Below, piece by piece: positions 42,809-53,346 of a DNA stretch of 64,000 bases; position 1 is the first letter of the stretch; the number at the start of each line of letters is the position of its first letter. A program made the translations under genes and the position numbers. The notes beneath the pieces are model-generated. The model ran no database searches. It was not told the DNA's origin and saw only the letters and a list, made by a program, of their open reading frames with translations. Source of the DNA: an uncultured Methanoregulaceae archaeon (lineage in GTDB: Archaea > Halobacteriota > Methanomicrobia > Methanomicrobiales > Methanospirillaceae); NCBI GenBank assembly GCA_963841015.1, contig CAWJAX010000003.1, positions 256,001 to 320,000 on the forward strand, read 5' to 3'.

Positions 42809-43808
42809 ACCGGTTTCTGGTAACGATACGGTAATAATCAGAGTTGAAGACCTTGAACACTCCTACGGGGCTTTCAAGGCAGTTGCTGGGATCAGTTTCT
42901 CGGTAAAAAGAGGTGAGATCTTTTCGTTTCTTGGTCCCAACGGTGCGGGAAAAAGCACTGCAATCAATGTTCTCATTACTCTCCTTGCAAAACAAAAGGG
43001 TACAGCGACTGTAGATGGGTATGATGTAACAAACGATCCCCAGAAAGTCCGCGAATCCATCGGTATTGTTTTTCAGGACATTACCCTTGACCGTGACATG
43101 ACGGTCTGGGAAATTCTCGAATTCCATGGCAGACTCTACAATATGGCCCGTGAAGAACGTAAAAAACGTATTGACGAACTCCTCCATCTCGTCCAGCTTG
43201 AGGCAAAAAAAGATGAACGCACAAAAAACCTGAGCGGCGGTATGAAGCGCCGGCTCGAGATTGCCCGCGGACTGATGACACGCCCGAAAGTGCTCTTTTT
43301 GGACGAACCCACGATCGGACTGGACCCGCAGACAAGGATGAGGATGTGGGAATATATTAAAGGGGTGAACAATGAGGGTACAACCATCTTTCTCACAACG
43401 CATTATATGGACGAGGCAGACCAGCTCTCCGACCGGATCAGCATCATCGACCAGGGAAAAATTGTCATAACCGGAAAGCCCTGGGAACTCAAGAACACAC
43501 TCGGACAGGATCTCATCTATATAGAGACAACCGACAATGAAACCGCCATACGGCTCTTAAAAGAACTCACCAGTGTCCGCGATGTGAAGATCAAGACAAA
43601 AGGATTTGTCCTGATGGTTACCGAGGACGGAACCAAGGTCCTTCCCATAGTCATAGATACACTACGTAAAGCGGGAATCGACACCTCGACAATCAACTTA
43701 AAAAAACCTTCCATGGATGATGTTTTTGTGTTTTATACCGGAAAAGACCTCAGAGACGAACCGACCGGGAAGACGGCATTGCCCACGATGAGGGCAGGAG
43801 GGCGGTAA
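42801..43808 (+). CDS. ABC exporter ATP-binding protein (DrrA-like)
   Basis: GPNGAGKST, LSGGMKRRLE, LFLDEPT, TTHY. Confidence 0.95.
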   Translation: MSEPVSGNDTVIIRVEDLEHSYGAFKAVAGISFSVKRGEIFSFLGPNGAGKSTAINVLITLLAKQKGTATVDGYDVTNDPQKVRESIGIVFQDITLDRDMTVWEILEFHGRLYNMAREERKKRIDELLHLVQLEAKKDERTKNLSGGMKRRLEIARGLMTRPKVLFLDEPTIGLDPQTRMRMWEYIKGVNNEGTTIFLTTHYMDEADQLSDRISIIDQGKIVITGKPWELKNTLGQDLIYIETTDNETAIRLLKELTSVRDVKIKTKGFVLMVTEDGTKVLPIVIDTLRKAGIDTSTINLKKPSMDDVFVFYTGKDLRDEPTGKTALPTMRAGGR

Positions 43809-43809
43809 C

Positions 43810-44646
43810 ATGCCCATGGGATTTACTACAATCTACTGGCGGGATATGATCCGCTTCGTCAGGTTCAAGACGCTCCTCGTCTCTTCGCTCCTCCAACCAG
43901 CGCTCTGGCTTGCCTTTTTTGGTATTGCCATGTCAAGCAATTTTGACCAGATGATGGCAGGGATCCCTGTTCCGCCGGATGTGCTCACGGTAAACTATCT
44001 GACGTTTATGGCGGCAGGTATCATCGCTATGACAACACTGTTTACCAGCCTCTTTGGCGGGATTGTGATCCTCTTTGATAAAAACTGGGGCCTGATGCGC
44101 GAGATTCTGGCAAGCCCTATGAACAGGAACCATATAATCTTCGGGATCGGGCTCTCAGGAGTTACGAAATCATTTATCCAGGCAATCATCATCATGGTCT
44201 TTGGCATCCTGATCGGCGCAGCGTTCTTTGCCGGGTTCACCGCAGTGGAGATCATCATCGGAGTTGCCGGGGTCCTTGCTTTTGTAGCGATGTTTGCGCT
44301 CGGATTCCTGTTCCTTTCTGCGGCAATTGCCATTTCGATGGAGAGTCCCGAGGGGCTGCAGGGTGTTGTTACCCTGTTAACCCTGCCGATATTTTTTACC
44401 AGCAACGCCCTCTACCCTATCGATGCACTCCCGGAGTTCTTAAAAACGATCGCAATGTATAATCCCATGACCCTGCTGATCACCGGGATACGGTATTTTG
44501 CCATCGGCCCGGATTTTATTGCTGTGGGGAAACACTACCAGTACACCCCATCGATTGTCCTTATCTCGTATTTCGGTCTCGTGGTATTTACAGCACTCAT
44601 GTTTGCGCTGGCCTGGTGGCGTTTTAAAAAAGCGGTTGTTACCTAG
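43810..44646 (+). CDS. ABC-2 permease (DrrB-like)
   Basis: About 6 TMs; QPALWL, FFTSNALYP, YNPMT. Confidence 0.92.
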   Translation: MPMGFTTIYWRDMIRFVRFKTLLVSSLLQPALWLAFFGIAMSSNFDQMMAGIPVPPDVLTVNYLTFMAAGIIAMTTLFTSLFGGIVILFDKNWGLMREILASPMNRNHIIFGIGLSGVTKSFIQAIIIMVFGILIGAAFFAGFTAVEIIIGVAGVLAFVAMFALGFLFLSAAIAISMESPEGLQGVVTLLTLPIFFTSNALYPIDALPEFLKTIAMYNPMTLLITGIRYFAIGPDFIAVGKHYQYTPSIVLISYFGLVVFTALMFALAWWRFKKAVVT

Positions 44647-44975
44647 AAAAATTCATTTTTTAGGGATATTTTTAAAGCTTGCAGACATCCGGTTTTTTAC
44701 TTTTGTGCTCTTCCTTCACTCATGACCATTTCATCATCTTGTGGTCATCAGGTGATAAAAAACCTGCAGAAAAATTGAGGTAGTACGCAGATTAAACTCT
44801 CTGAAAAAAATTCTGATATAGTACAATTCATGTCATTTCTTTTACCTTTCAAAATGGAATTATCTTTAGACGTCAGAATAATTCTTGTATATGAATTCGT
44901 TTGGAAGATCCGATTGTCGAAAAACCCTGATTCGCACTATGCAAACCGATTGCCGGGACAGTTGAATCAATTTTT

Positions 44976-45153
44976 CTCTCTGGAGAAATGCTCAATTAAC
45001 AAGCTAAACGCTCGGAGGGGGTTTCACCCCCGCCGCTGTGGCTCCTCCAATGCGATAACTCCCGAACAGGTGCTACGTCATCATCGCTCAGCGCACTTCA
45101 TTCGTACCAGCATCTTGAATTTCATATCAATGGAAAAGATATTCTACAGAGCC
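44976..45153 (+). mobile_element. MITE-like element (module A) lacking the second internal hairpin
   Basis: Colinear with 23623-23831; right TIR TTCTACAGAGCC intact; the GGGG...GACAGGCACTGTCCCC segment is absent. Confidence 0.85.
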
Positions 45154-45209
45154 ATTTTTTTAAAACGGTATTCCATCATAAAGAAACGAGGAAAAACCCT
45201 GATAAAAAA

Positions 45210-45226
45210 TTTGGTATTAGTCCAAA
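45210..45226. promoter_or_regulatory. Candidate DtxR-family operator 1
   Basis: TTTGGTATTAGTCCAAA, just upstream of the TTTATTAT TATA box of the regulator gene. Confidence 0.6.
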
Positions 45227-45258
45227 CTTTTTTATTATCACCCGGCTATCAAATTACT

Positions 45259-45741
45259 ATGGAGACAACGGATGGTCTCGAACTCTCGCCGCGAAAAGTG
45301 GAATATCTTAAATTTATCTTCGAGCGGGGCGGGACTGTGAAGACCAACGATATTGCGTCGAGATTCAGCGTTGATCCCTCAACCATCACCAAGACAATCA
45401 CCGAGATTGCCGAAGCCGGATATCTCTCACATATACCCTACCGTGGAGTCGTCCTCACGGAAGCGGGGACCCGGCTCGTTACATTCCTGATAAAGCGTCA
45501 CCGTATTCTCAGCCTTATCTTTGTCCGGTCTGGTCTCACCAACGAACAGGCTTGCCAGGAAGTCTCCCGGTTCGAGAGCTTTGTCACCAGGTCGGCAATC
45601 GACACGATGTGCCATGCAATGGGGCACCCACAGCAGGGGACCTGTGGAAAGATTACCCACGATGAAGGATGCCGGCATCCTGACAGCACTACGGTGTACA
45701 GGAATGGCCGGGCACAGTCTGATCAGCAGGAGAAGATCTGA
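45259..45741 (+). CDS. DtxR/MntR-family metal-dependent regulator
   Basis: EYLKFI, IASRFSVDPSTIT, YRGVVLTEAG, KRHRIL, GHPQQGTCG. Confidence 0.9.
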   Translation: METTDGLELSPRKVEYLKFIFERGGTVKTNDIASRFSVDPSTITKTITEIAEAGYLSHIPYRGVVLTEAGTRLVTFLIKRHRILSLIFVRSGLTNEQACQEVSRFESFVTRSAIDTMCHAMGHPQQGTCGKITHDEGCRHPDSTTVYRNGRAQSDQQEKI

Positions 45742-45743
45742 CC

Positions 45744-46574
45744 GTGAGCACTGCAATGATCTCCGAACATATCCCGGACCTCGATCTCATCACCTCGTAT
45801 GCCGAGCAGCAGGACTCTTTCTTCTCCCGGGTAAGCCCGTGGACAAAATTTTTCATGCTCATCCTTATCGTCCTGATGATCACCCTTACCCGCAGCCTTG
45901 CCATCCTCACCGCTCTCTACGGGCTCATCCTCCTCGTCTACTGGCTTGCCGGCCTGCCGGTAAAAAAACTTTTCCAGTGGTACACGATGCCGGTGATCTT
46001 TGTCTTCAGCCTCGTCGGGATAATGATCTGGACAGAGCCCGGCACAGCACTCTTCTCCATCCCTCTTACCGGTTTCACCCTTACCCTGACCGACAACGGG
46101 CTTCTGCTGTTCGTTACCCTGCTCTTAAAAGCCCTGATATCCATCAGTTTCTCTCTTTTTTTCCTCATGACAACCCGGTACGAGCACTTCTCCGGCATGA
46201 TCTACCGGCTCTTCCCCGAACCACTCGATCAGATATTCCTGATGGCTTACCGCTTCCTGTTCCTGACCCTCGCGATGACCGGCTCCCTGCTCAAGGCAGT
46301 CCGGTCAAGAGGCGGGGGCCTTATCCATTCAATCCGCGTACAGGCAAGACTCTTTGCAGAAGTTGCTGGGCTCATCTTTATCAGGTCGTTTGAACGGGCT
46401 GAGCGGGTGAACAAGGCAATGGTCGCCCGGGGCTATCATGGAGCCGGGTCATACAGTGCCCGGACCACCATCCCGTCCCCGGGATTTGCCGGGTATGCTA
46501 TCCTCGCGCTGTCAACCCTTGCGATTGTCTTCACCGAATGGATTATTCCCCATGCCGGTGGGGTGCTGCCATGA
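45744..46574 (+). CDS. cbiQ: ECF transporter T component (CbiQ/NikQ)
   Basis: AYRFLF, RSRGG, RSFERAERVNKAMVARGY. Confidence 0.88.
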   Translation: MSTAMISEHIPDLDLITSYAEQQDSFFSRVSPWTKFFMLILIVLMITLTRSLAILTALYGLILLVYWLAGLPVKKLFQWYTMPVIFVFSLVGIMIWTEPGTALFSIPLTGFTLTLTDNGLLLFVTLLLKALISISFSLFFLMTTRYEHFSGMIYRLFPEPLDQIFLMAYRFLFLTLAMTGSLLKAVRSRGGGLIHSIRVQARLFAEVAGLIFIRSFERAERVNKAMVARGYHGAGSYSARTTIPSPGFAGYAILALSTLAIVFTEWIIPHAGGVLP

Positions 46575-47458
46575 CCATCATCCGCAGGGATCCGGGGTCG
46601 CTCCACTGCCCACCGGTCGATCCGGACAAGGAGCTTATCCACGTCGATTGTGCGAGCCACACCTATCCGGACGGAAGTGTGGGGATCCACGAAATGTGTT
46701 TCTCGGTCCTGAAGCACGAGATCGTGGCGCTCTGCGGACCCAATGGTTCCGGTAAGTCCACCCTGATAGAACACCTGAATGGTCTTCTGATACCATCACG
46801 GGGAGATATCTGGGTGAGCGGTCGATCGATCACCCATGGTGAGCGGAGTGATCTCTGGAAAGACGTGGGTATCGTCTTCCAGCGTTCTGACGACCAGCTC
46901 TTCGCCCCGACCGTGCTCGATGACGTGATGTTCGGGCCGCTCAATCTCGGGATGCCGCCGGAGACTGCCCGGGCAGCAGCGATGGAAGCCCTCACCGCGG
47001 TAGGGGCTGCGAACCTCGTTGCAAAACTCCCCAACTACCTGAGCGGAGGACAGAAGCGGCTCGTCTCCATCGCGGGGATCCTCGCGATGAGACCACGCAT
47101 CATTGCACTCGACGAGCCGACGTCAGACCTTGACCCAGTCCATAGTGCGATGACCGAGGACCTGATCCGCGGGTTGAAAGACCGTTTCAGTATAAGTGTC
47201 GTGATCGCAACGCATGACCTTGACCTTGCCGCCCGGATCGCTGACCGGGTCTGCCTCGTTAAGAACGGCTCAATCTTTGCTGAAGGACGGCCGGATGAAA
47301 TCTTCTATAATTCTGCCCTCATACTGGAAGCCGGGTTGCAGTTACCGGATACGGTAAGAACATGGCTTGAGTTCTGCGAAAAAAAGGGAATCGTTTCAGC
47401 AGACCGGCCGATTACCCGGGAACAGCTGGTGTCGCTCCTTCACCAGGCTCTGCACTAA
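46571..47458 (+). CDS. cbiO: ECF transporter ATPase (CbiO/NikO)
   Basis: GPNGSGKST, DDQLFAPTV, LSGGQKR, LDEPT. Confidence 0.9.
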   Translation: MTIIRRDPGSLHCPPVDPDKELIHVDCASHTYPDGSVGIHEMCFSVLKHEIVALCGPNGSGKSTLIEHLNGLLIPSRGDIWVSGRSITHGERSDLWKDVGIVFQRSDDQLFAPTVLDDVMFGPLNLGMPPETARAAAMEALTAVGAANLVAKLPNYLSGGQKRLVSIAGILAMRPRIIALDEPTSDLDPVHSAMTEDLIRGLKDRFSISVVIATHDLDLAARIADRVCLVKNGSIFAEGRPDEIFYNSALILEAGLQLPDTVRTWLEFCEKKGIVSADRPITREQLVSLLHQALH

Positions 47459-47488
47459 CAACAAGAGGAGATCCCGGAAAGGAGGAAA

Positions 47489-47505
47489 TTTGGATTAACA
47501 CCAAA
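47489..47505. promoter_or_regulatory. Candidate DtxR-family operator 2
   Basis: TTTGGATTAACACCAAA, 15/17 identical to the reverse complement of operator 1; upstream of cbiM. Confidence 0.6.
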
Positions 47506-47582
47506 ATCCTGGAAAAATTTTTATGCCGGTTCTCCTCAATGGTAGCATAACCGGAAAATATTTTCGTACGTGAGGTTCTTTC

Positions 47583-48233
47583 TTGGCACATATTCATCTT
47601 GAAGACGGATCGTTCTCGCTGTTCTGGGTCCTGGCATGGTGGATTATTGCCCTCTGCTTTATCGGTGTTGCCCTGGTTCTCCTGCGTTCAAAGTACAAAC
47701 CCGAACCGAAGATCATCACGATAGCCGCGTTTGTGACCGCTGCAGCGTTTGCTATCTTCCAGATCCAGATCCCAATCGCGGGAGGGGTTCATGTGAGCTT
47801 TACTCCCCTCATCGCTATTCTAACCGGCCCGGTGATCGGGACGCTCGTTATTCTCATTGTCAACATTCTTTCTGCTGCAATCGGTCACGGCGGCTGGGGG
47901 CTTGTGGGCGCAAATGTGCTCGTGAACTTCTCAGAAGTACTCGTGGCCTGGCTGGTGTTCAAGGCGATGAAGAAGATCACAAAGGACCTGTTCTCCCGGG
48001 CAGGGGTCGCAACGTTTATCGGGCTGTTAGCAGGAAACCTCGTGATGATCGCTGTCATCCTTGTCTCGGGTATACAGGGTGTGAACCAGACCTCTGCCCA
48101 GATCCTCACCGGGCTCTCCCTCATTGCCGCGATAAATATGGGTGTGGCGGTCATCGAGGCGTTCCTCACCGGGCTCATCGTTGCATATATTGGAAGAATC
48201 CGACCCGATATCCTCAATGGTGACCGGAAATGA
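47583..48233 (+). CDS. cbiM: ECF S component (CbiM/NikM family)
   Basis: N-terminal (M)AHIHLEDG, GVH, GHGGWGLVGAN; TTG start. Confidence 0.85.
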   Translation: MAHIHLEDGSFSLFWVLAWWIIALCFIGVALVLLRSKYKPEPKIITIAAFVTAAAFAIFQIQIPIAGGVHVSFTPLIAILTGPVIGTLVILIVNILSAAIGHGGWGLVGANVLVNFSEVLVAWLVFKAMKKITKDLFSRAGVATFIGLLAGNLVMIAVILVSGIQGVNQTSAQILTGLSLIAAINMGVAVIEAFLTGLIVAYIGRIRPDILNGDRK

Positions 48234-48499
48234 GCATAGTTGAGGAAAGAAAAGGTCTCATCATCTTCGGTGCAATCCTCATCATTGTCCTCATTGTAGC
48301 TCTCGCTGCCTACCAGATGACCGGCGCGATGGGCATCGAGGACCGGTATACCACAGCGCTAGGACTGCCTCCCGGAGAAGAAGAAGGGGGAGAGACCTTT
48401 TTTGGGTTTTCAGCGGAAGGGGATCCCGTGCTCTACGTGATTGTCCTTGGAATATTGATTGCCGGGTGTTATGCAGCATACCGGCATTTCAGGATATAA
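48230..48499 (+). CDS. Small two-TM ECF accessory subunit (CbiN/NikN-like)
   Basis: Two TMs around an acidic loop; overlaps the cbiM stop. Confidence 0.7.
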   Translation: MSIVEERKGLIIFGAILIIVLIVALAAYQMTGAMGIEDRYTTALGLPPGEEEGGETFFGFSAEGDPVLYVIVLGILIAGCYAAYRHFRI

Positions 48500-49032
48500 A
48501 TACCCTTTTTTTCAAAAGTAACCGGGAATGATGAATCCGTCTCCCGTATCCTATCTGTAATCATCCTGTTCAAAGGTGCAACTTCTGGCGTAACGTTGTT
48601 CGCAGGAGGTGTCATCATTGCCGCTTCCACATTAAATCCCGAAGCACGTGCTCGTTTGCTGGAATTCTGAAAATGGTCTCCCGACCCGGCTTTTTTTAAT
48701 CTATTCACTTTTGCGGCCAGGTTGAATCAGCATTTTAATGCCAGGAAGAGAAGTGGAATCCCCGATCAAAAGGGTGTTCTGGAAATGATTCGGGGACTTC
48801 CTGAGAATTACCTTTTCCCCGGTAATAATAAAGTCTGGCATGGCATTGTTGCATGGCATTTCTGTTTAATACTGATCGTACAGATGTGGGGCCTGCTACC
48901 AAAGGGAAGACAAGTCAAGATCATCACGAAAATCAACGGGACGGATCGGATGCGATGCCAATGATTCTCCTTCATATTACCCGTGTTCACAACGGTGAAG
49001 GAATTCACCACTACGAAAAAAAGGATTCTTGT

Positions 49033-52000
49033 TTATGATGGACGGTATCCAAGCGCCTGGACTAACGCGATCATTTCTTTTACCTGTTCTTCCTGCTTTC
49101 TTGTCAGTTTCCGGTCTTTCTGGATCAACCGGCCCATCCTGACAATCTGCAACCGCTGATCATGGGTGAGCGTTGTGGAGTGGTGTGCCCACTTAAGAAG
49201 ATCGAACCATTGTTTGCGGTTTATTGAGAAAGTAACCGGGGAACCGGTCCACCAGGTTCTTCGGAAATTTTTCCGGCGTAGTCTGTTTCTTGTTCTTTTC
49301 CGGTATCCTCATCGTTATACTCATCATCAGGATATCCTTCCGCTACCGGAACTTTCTCTGATTCGGTTTCAGCAATACCAGAAGGTTGCGATGCAGGCTC
49401 CGCTGTTGTGAGGTCTGGTTCATTTCCTTCAAAAAGATCCTCATCGCAAAAAGTTTTTACAATATCAGTACCTTCCTCAGGGGAGACTTCTGAAATGCTC
49501 TTTGAGGGTTCGGGTGAAGTCAGCTCATTTTCAGAAACCTGAGATTTTTGTACGTCAGGAGTTGTAACCTTCGCAAGAGCATGAGATGAAGACTTCACGA
49601 CAACCGGGAGGTCTGCCTCTTTTGCAATGATTTCCCTTCCCGGTTCTTTGCCAACAGCAACGGACGGTTCGTCACGGTCTATATGATCCACCCACTCATC
49701 AGCAAGAGCAATTCTTGCCTGATCACGATCATCAGTGAGGGATTTGACGATCTTTTCTGCCTCCAGTTTTTCTTTTGTAAGGATAGTTACCTGTTCTTCA
49801 AGGGATTTTTGCAAATTGCATACGAGTTCGAACTCCCGTTCAAGATTCTGAATCTTGAGAGCGCGATCCTTTTCCTGTCGCACCTGCTCATCAGTCACCG
49901 CACAAAGTTCCTGTTTGAGATGTTCCTGTTCGCGGGCCGCTGCTTTCGATGCGTCCTCTGCAGCCAGGCGTAATCTCCGTTCATTTTCAAGTATTTTATT
50001 CAGTCTTTTCCTGCTCTTCAGCAGATGAAATGAGATTCTGCTCAAGGCTTTTGTTGGTCTGCATTAATTCCTCAATGCTCTTATCACTGGCCTGGTGCAG
50101 ACTTCGTTTGGCATCGAGTTCCGCTTTTACCTTTTCAAGTTCGTCAGCAAGAGAATGTGCCTGTTCAACAGATTGTGCCCTGCTCCGATTTGCCAGATTC
50201 AGCTCATCGGCAAGCAGTTTGTTCTGTATTCTTGCAGCATCAAGATCCCTCTCAAGCGTTTTGGGAATTGCAGTTGCTTCCTCGAGATCGTGTCTCAACC
50301 TGATAAAGGTCGTTTTATACGATTCCAGGTCCGCTTTTACTCTTGTTTCAGTTTTTTCATTTTCAGCTATTGCTTCTGCGAGATTTTCTTTTAACAATTT
50401 TGTTGTGTTCTCTTCGTTTTCAAGGGATGTACGGGTGGTTTCGAGCTGCCCCCGCAGATCATCAAGTTGCTCTTTTAACGCAGTTATTGAAGAGTTAAGC
50501 GAGGTTTCCGATCGTTCCTTATCCTGCTGAAGTGATCTCAGCTGGTTTTCAGCTGAAATCCGCCGATCTGCCTCTGTTTCCAGGTCCGCTTTTACTCTTG
50601 CTTCCGTTTTTTCATTTTCATCTACTGCTTCTGCGAGATTTTCTTTCAACAATTTTATTGTGTTCTCTTCATTTTCAAGTGATGTACGGGTGGTTTCGAG
50701 CTGCTCTTGCAGATCAGCAAGGTGCTCTTTTAACCCGGTAATTGAAGAGTTAAGCGAGGTTTCCGATCGTTCCTTATCCTGCTGAAGTGATCTCAGCTGG
50801 TTTTCAGCTGAAATCCGCCGATCTGCCTCTGTTTCCAGCTCGCGCTTCAGGCTGGTCAGGTCCGCTTCCTGCTGTTGTTTTGTTTCATTGAGACCGGAAA
50901 TTATCCCGGTCAGTTCCTGCTCAGACTGTGTTTTGGTCTGCAGCAACAGTTTAAGTTCCTCTTCTGCGGATGTTGCACGTTTTTCTTCAGCAGTATATGC
51001 AGACCTGAGCTGATCACGTTCAGCCGTTAAATTATGGAGGGATTTTTCATTTTCGGTAGCAGCTTCTGCGAAATTTTCCTTTAACAATTTTGTTGTATTC
51101 TCTTCGTTTTCAAGGGATGTACGGGTGGTTTCGAGTCTGCCCCCGCAGATCATCAAGTTGTTCTTTTAACGCTGTTATTGAAGAGAGAAGGGAGGTTTCT
51201 GACTGTTCTTTATCCCGCTGAAGTGATCCGATCTGGTTTTCAGCTGAAATCCGCCGGTCTGCTTCTGCTTCCAGCTCCCGCTTCAGCCGGGTCAGGTCTG
51301 CAGTCTGTTGGGTTTTTGTCTCATTGAGACCGGTAATAATTTCTGTCAGCTCCTGTTCAGACTGCAATTTTGCCTGCATTACCGTTTTAAGTTCCTGCTC
51401 TGTGGATGTCGCACGGTTTTTCTCAGTTTCGAACGAAGATTTCAGCTGGTCAGATTCAACAGTTATCGAGCAGAGTGATGATTCCAGTTGTTCCTTATCC
51501 TTCAGCAGTGCTCCAACCTGGTTTTCTGCTGATACCCGCTGGCAGGATTCTTCTTCCAGTTCAACCTTCAGCCGGGACATATCTGCAGTCTGTTGGGTTT
51601 TTGTCTCATTGAGACCGGCTATAATTTCAGTCAGCTCCTCTTCAGACTGTCTTTTTGCCTGCATTACCGTTTTTAGTTCCTGTTCTGCTGAGGTTGCCCG
51701 GTCTTTCTCAGCCTCGAATGCAGATATCAGGTGATTATGTTCATCGGTTATCGACCGGAGTGATTTTTCTGCGAGCTCTTTTTGCTGAGCAAGCAGTTCA
51801 AGAGTGCATTCCAGAGAGGTACAATGAATCTTTTCTGCTTCAAAATCAGCCTGAACAGTTTCAAGACTCGTTGTTGCGGTATCAACCGCATTTGTCAGTT
51901 CTGAGATCTGCTGTCTGAGCATCCCGATTTCTGAGCAATATGATGTCTCGATATCCTTTTTTTCCTGGATTAAGTTCCGGATGTGACTGTCATTTGTGAC

Positions 52001-52777
52001 AATGAGAGCTTTATGATGGTCGAGTTTCTCGGTATACTGCTCGATTTCTCCAGTCTTTTGTGCAAGTAATTTTTTCTTTTCCTCAACTTCATGGGTTAAT
52101 GTCGAAATTTTTTGTTCTTTCTGCCGGAGAGTCACTTGTAAGGTATCGATGACACGGGTCTGCTCGGTGACGCTGTCTTCAAGCTGTATTGCAGATGCAG
52201 AAAGCGTCTGAAGTTCCGCATTTATACGCGACAATTCCGATGATTTACTGACCCCAATCTCAAAGGAGGAGAGGAGAAATTCAAGAAGTTTCCGGCGATT
52301 GGCAGCAACGACATAAATCCGGTCATCATGACTGATCTTGAATTGCGTTTTAATCTGGTCGGGGGTCTGCCGCTCAACAGGGGTTCCGAGCATGCTTTCA
52401 ATAATTGAAAGACTATAAGAAAGATCAAAAGGATGCGGTACGAAATTATCCGCATTACAATCCAGGACCTGTAACAGATCGGTGAGCGTGGATGCTCGGG
52501 TAAGGATGAGAACCGGGATAACCCAGAAGTCATCATCAGATTTTATCTGACGGCAGACCTCAAATCCCTCCTCGTCTAATGTCGTGCTGTCACAGATAAG
52601 GAGGTTCGGTTTTCCTGTTCTGAGTGTCTCAAGAAGGTATGTGCCGTCGGTAAAGAGGGTAACCCGGTATCCCTTTTTCTCCAGGTGCTCAGTAAACAGC
52701 GGAACCACTGTTTCACTTACGCTTAAAACGAAAATATCAATGACACTTTCGTTTCCATCTGACGGTGGGTCATTCAT
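49033..52777 (-). CDS. Receiver-domain protein with a very long repeated coiled coil (about 1250 aa); three frameshifts
   Basis: N-terminal REC-like domain (PNLLICD, EGFEVCRQIK, IPVLILT); ORFs 51110, 49996 and 49221 tile; terminal frame RKQWFDLLKWAHHS...ALGYRPS*. Confidence 0.8.
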
Positions 52778-53082
52778 CGCTATCTCTCTTACTCAATTAA
52801 AAACTCAATAAATTCTATACCTGTATATATGATCTTGTATACTCAATTATAGCACTTCTGGTCAAAGAGACCGTGCCTGTGCTGTTCGGCAGATAAAAAA
52901 AAGTTTTTTAAATCTGATTATATGTCACATACCCGGGTGTGTTTTTTAGAGGAATCACGAAAAACAAAGGATGATCTCTGTAAAAAAGCCCGGGTTTGAA
53001 CCGAATCGGTTCAGGCATGGTTCTTCAGATCCGTTAGCCGCAGATTTTTATAAAAAAAGGTATTCCGGCTATTTATCATGGG

Positions 53083-53202
53083 TATAGTTACATTCTAATC
53101 ACGAACATTTCTTCACGATTCAAAAAATTCATTGATGACGCTCCCGGGGGCTTCGGCTTTTCCCAACTCCCCCGCCGCTGTGGCGACCCCCCTGATGCGA
53201 TA
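53083..53202 (+). repeat. Partial repeat element: TATAGT-type end plus a module A fragment
   Basis: TATAGTTACATT at 53083; CCCCCGCCGCTGTGGC..GATGCGATA at 53169-53202 matches the 23623 element. Confidence 0.65.
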
Positions 53203-53346
53203 CAACTGATAATCCCAATAAAAGCCGAAAATCCCTTTGTCAAAAAATGAAATACATTTTTTATCCTGAATTTTGTACCTTGAATTTTTTTTCACGTATT
53301 AAGCAATTTTTATTTTAGTGGTTAAACCTGGACTCTGCCCTTATCA

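Noticed and set aside
44830-45258. 143-aa N-terminal extension of the DtxR ORF, and ORFs 33371..33556 and 54972..55463 sharing AITP.QVLRHHR
   Set aside because: These are open frames through the repeat element; the regulator has a TATA-supported ATG at 45259.
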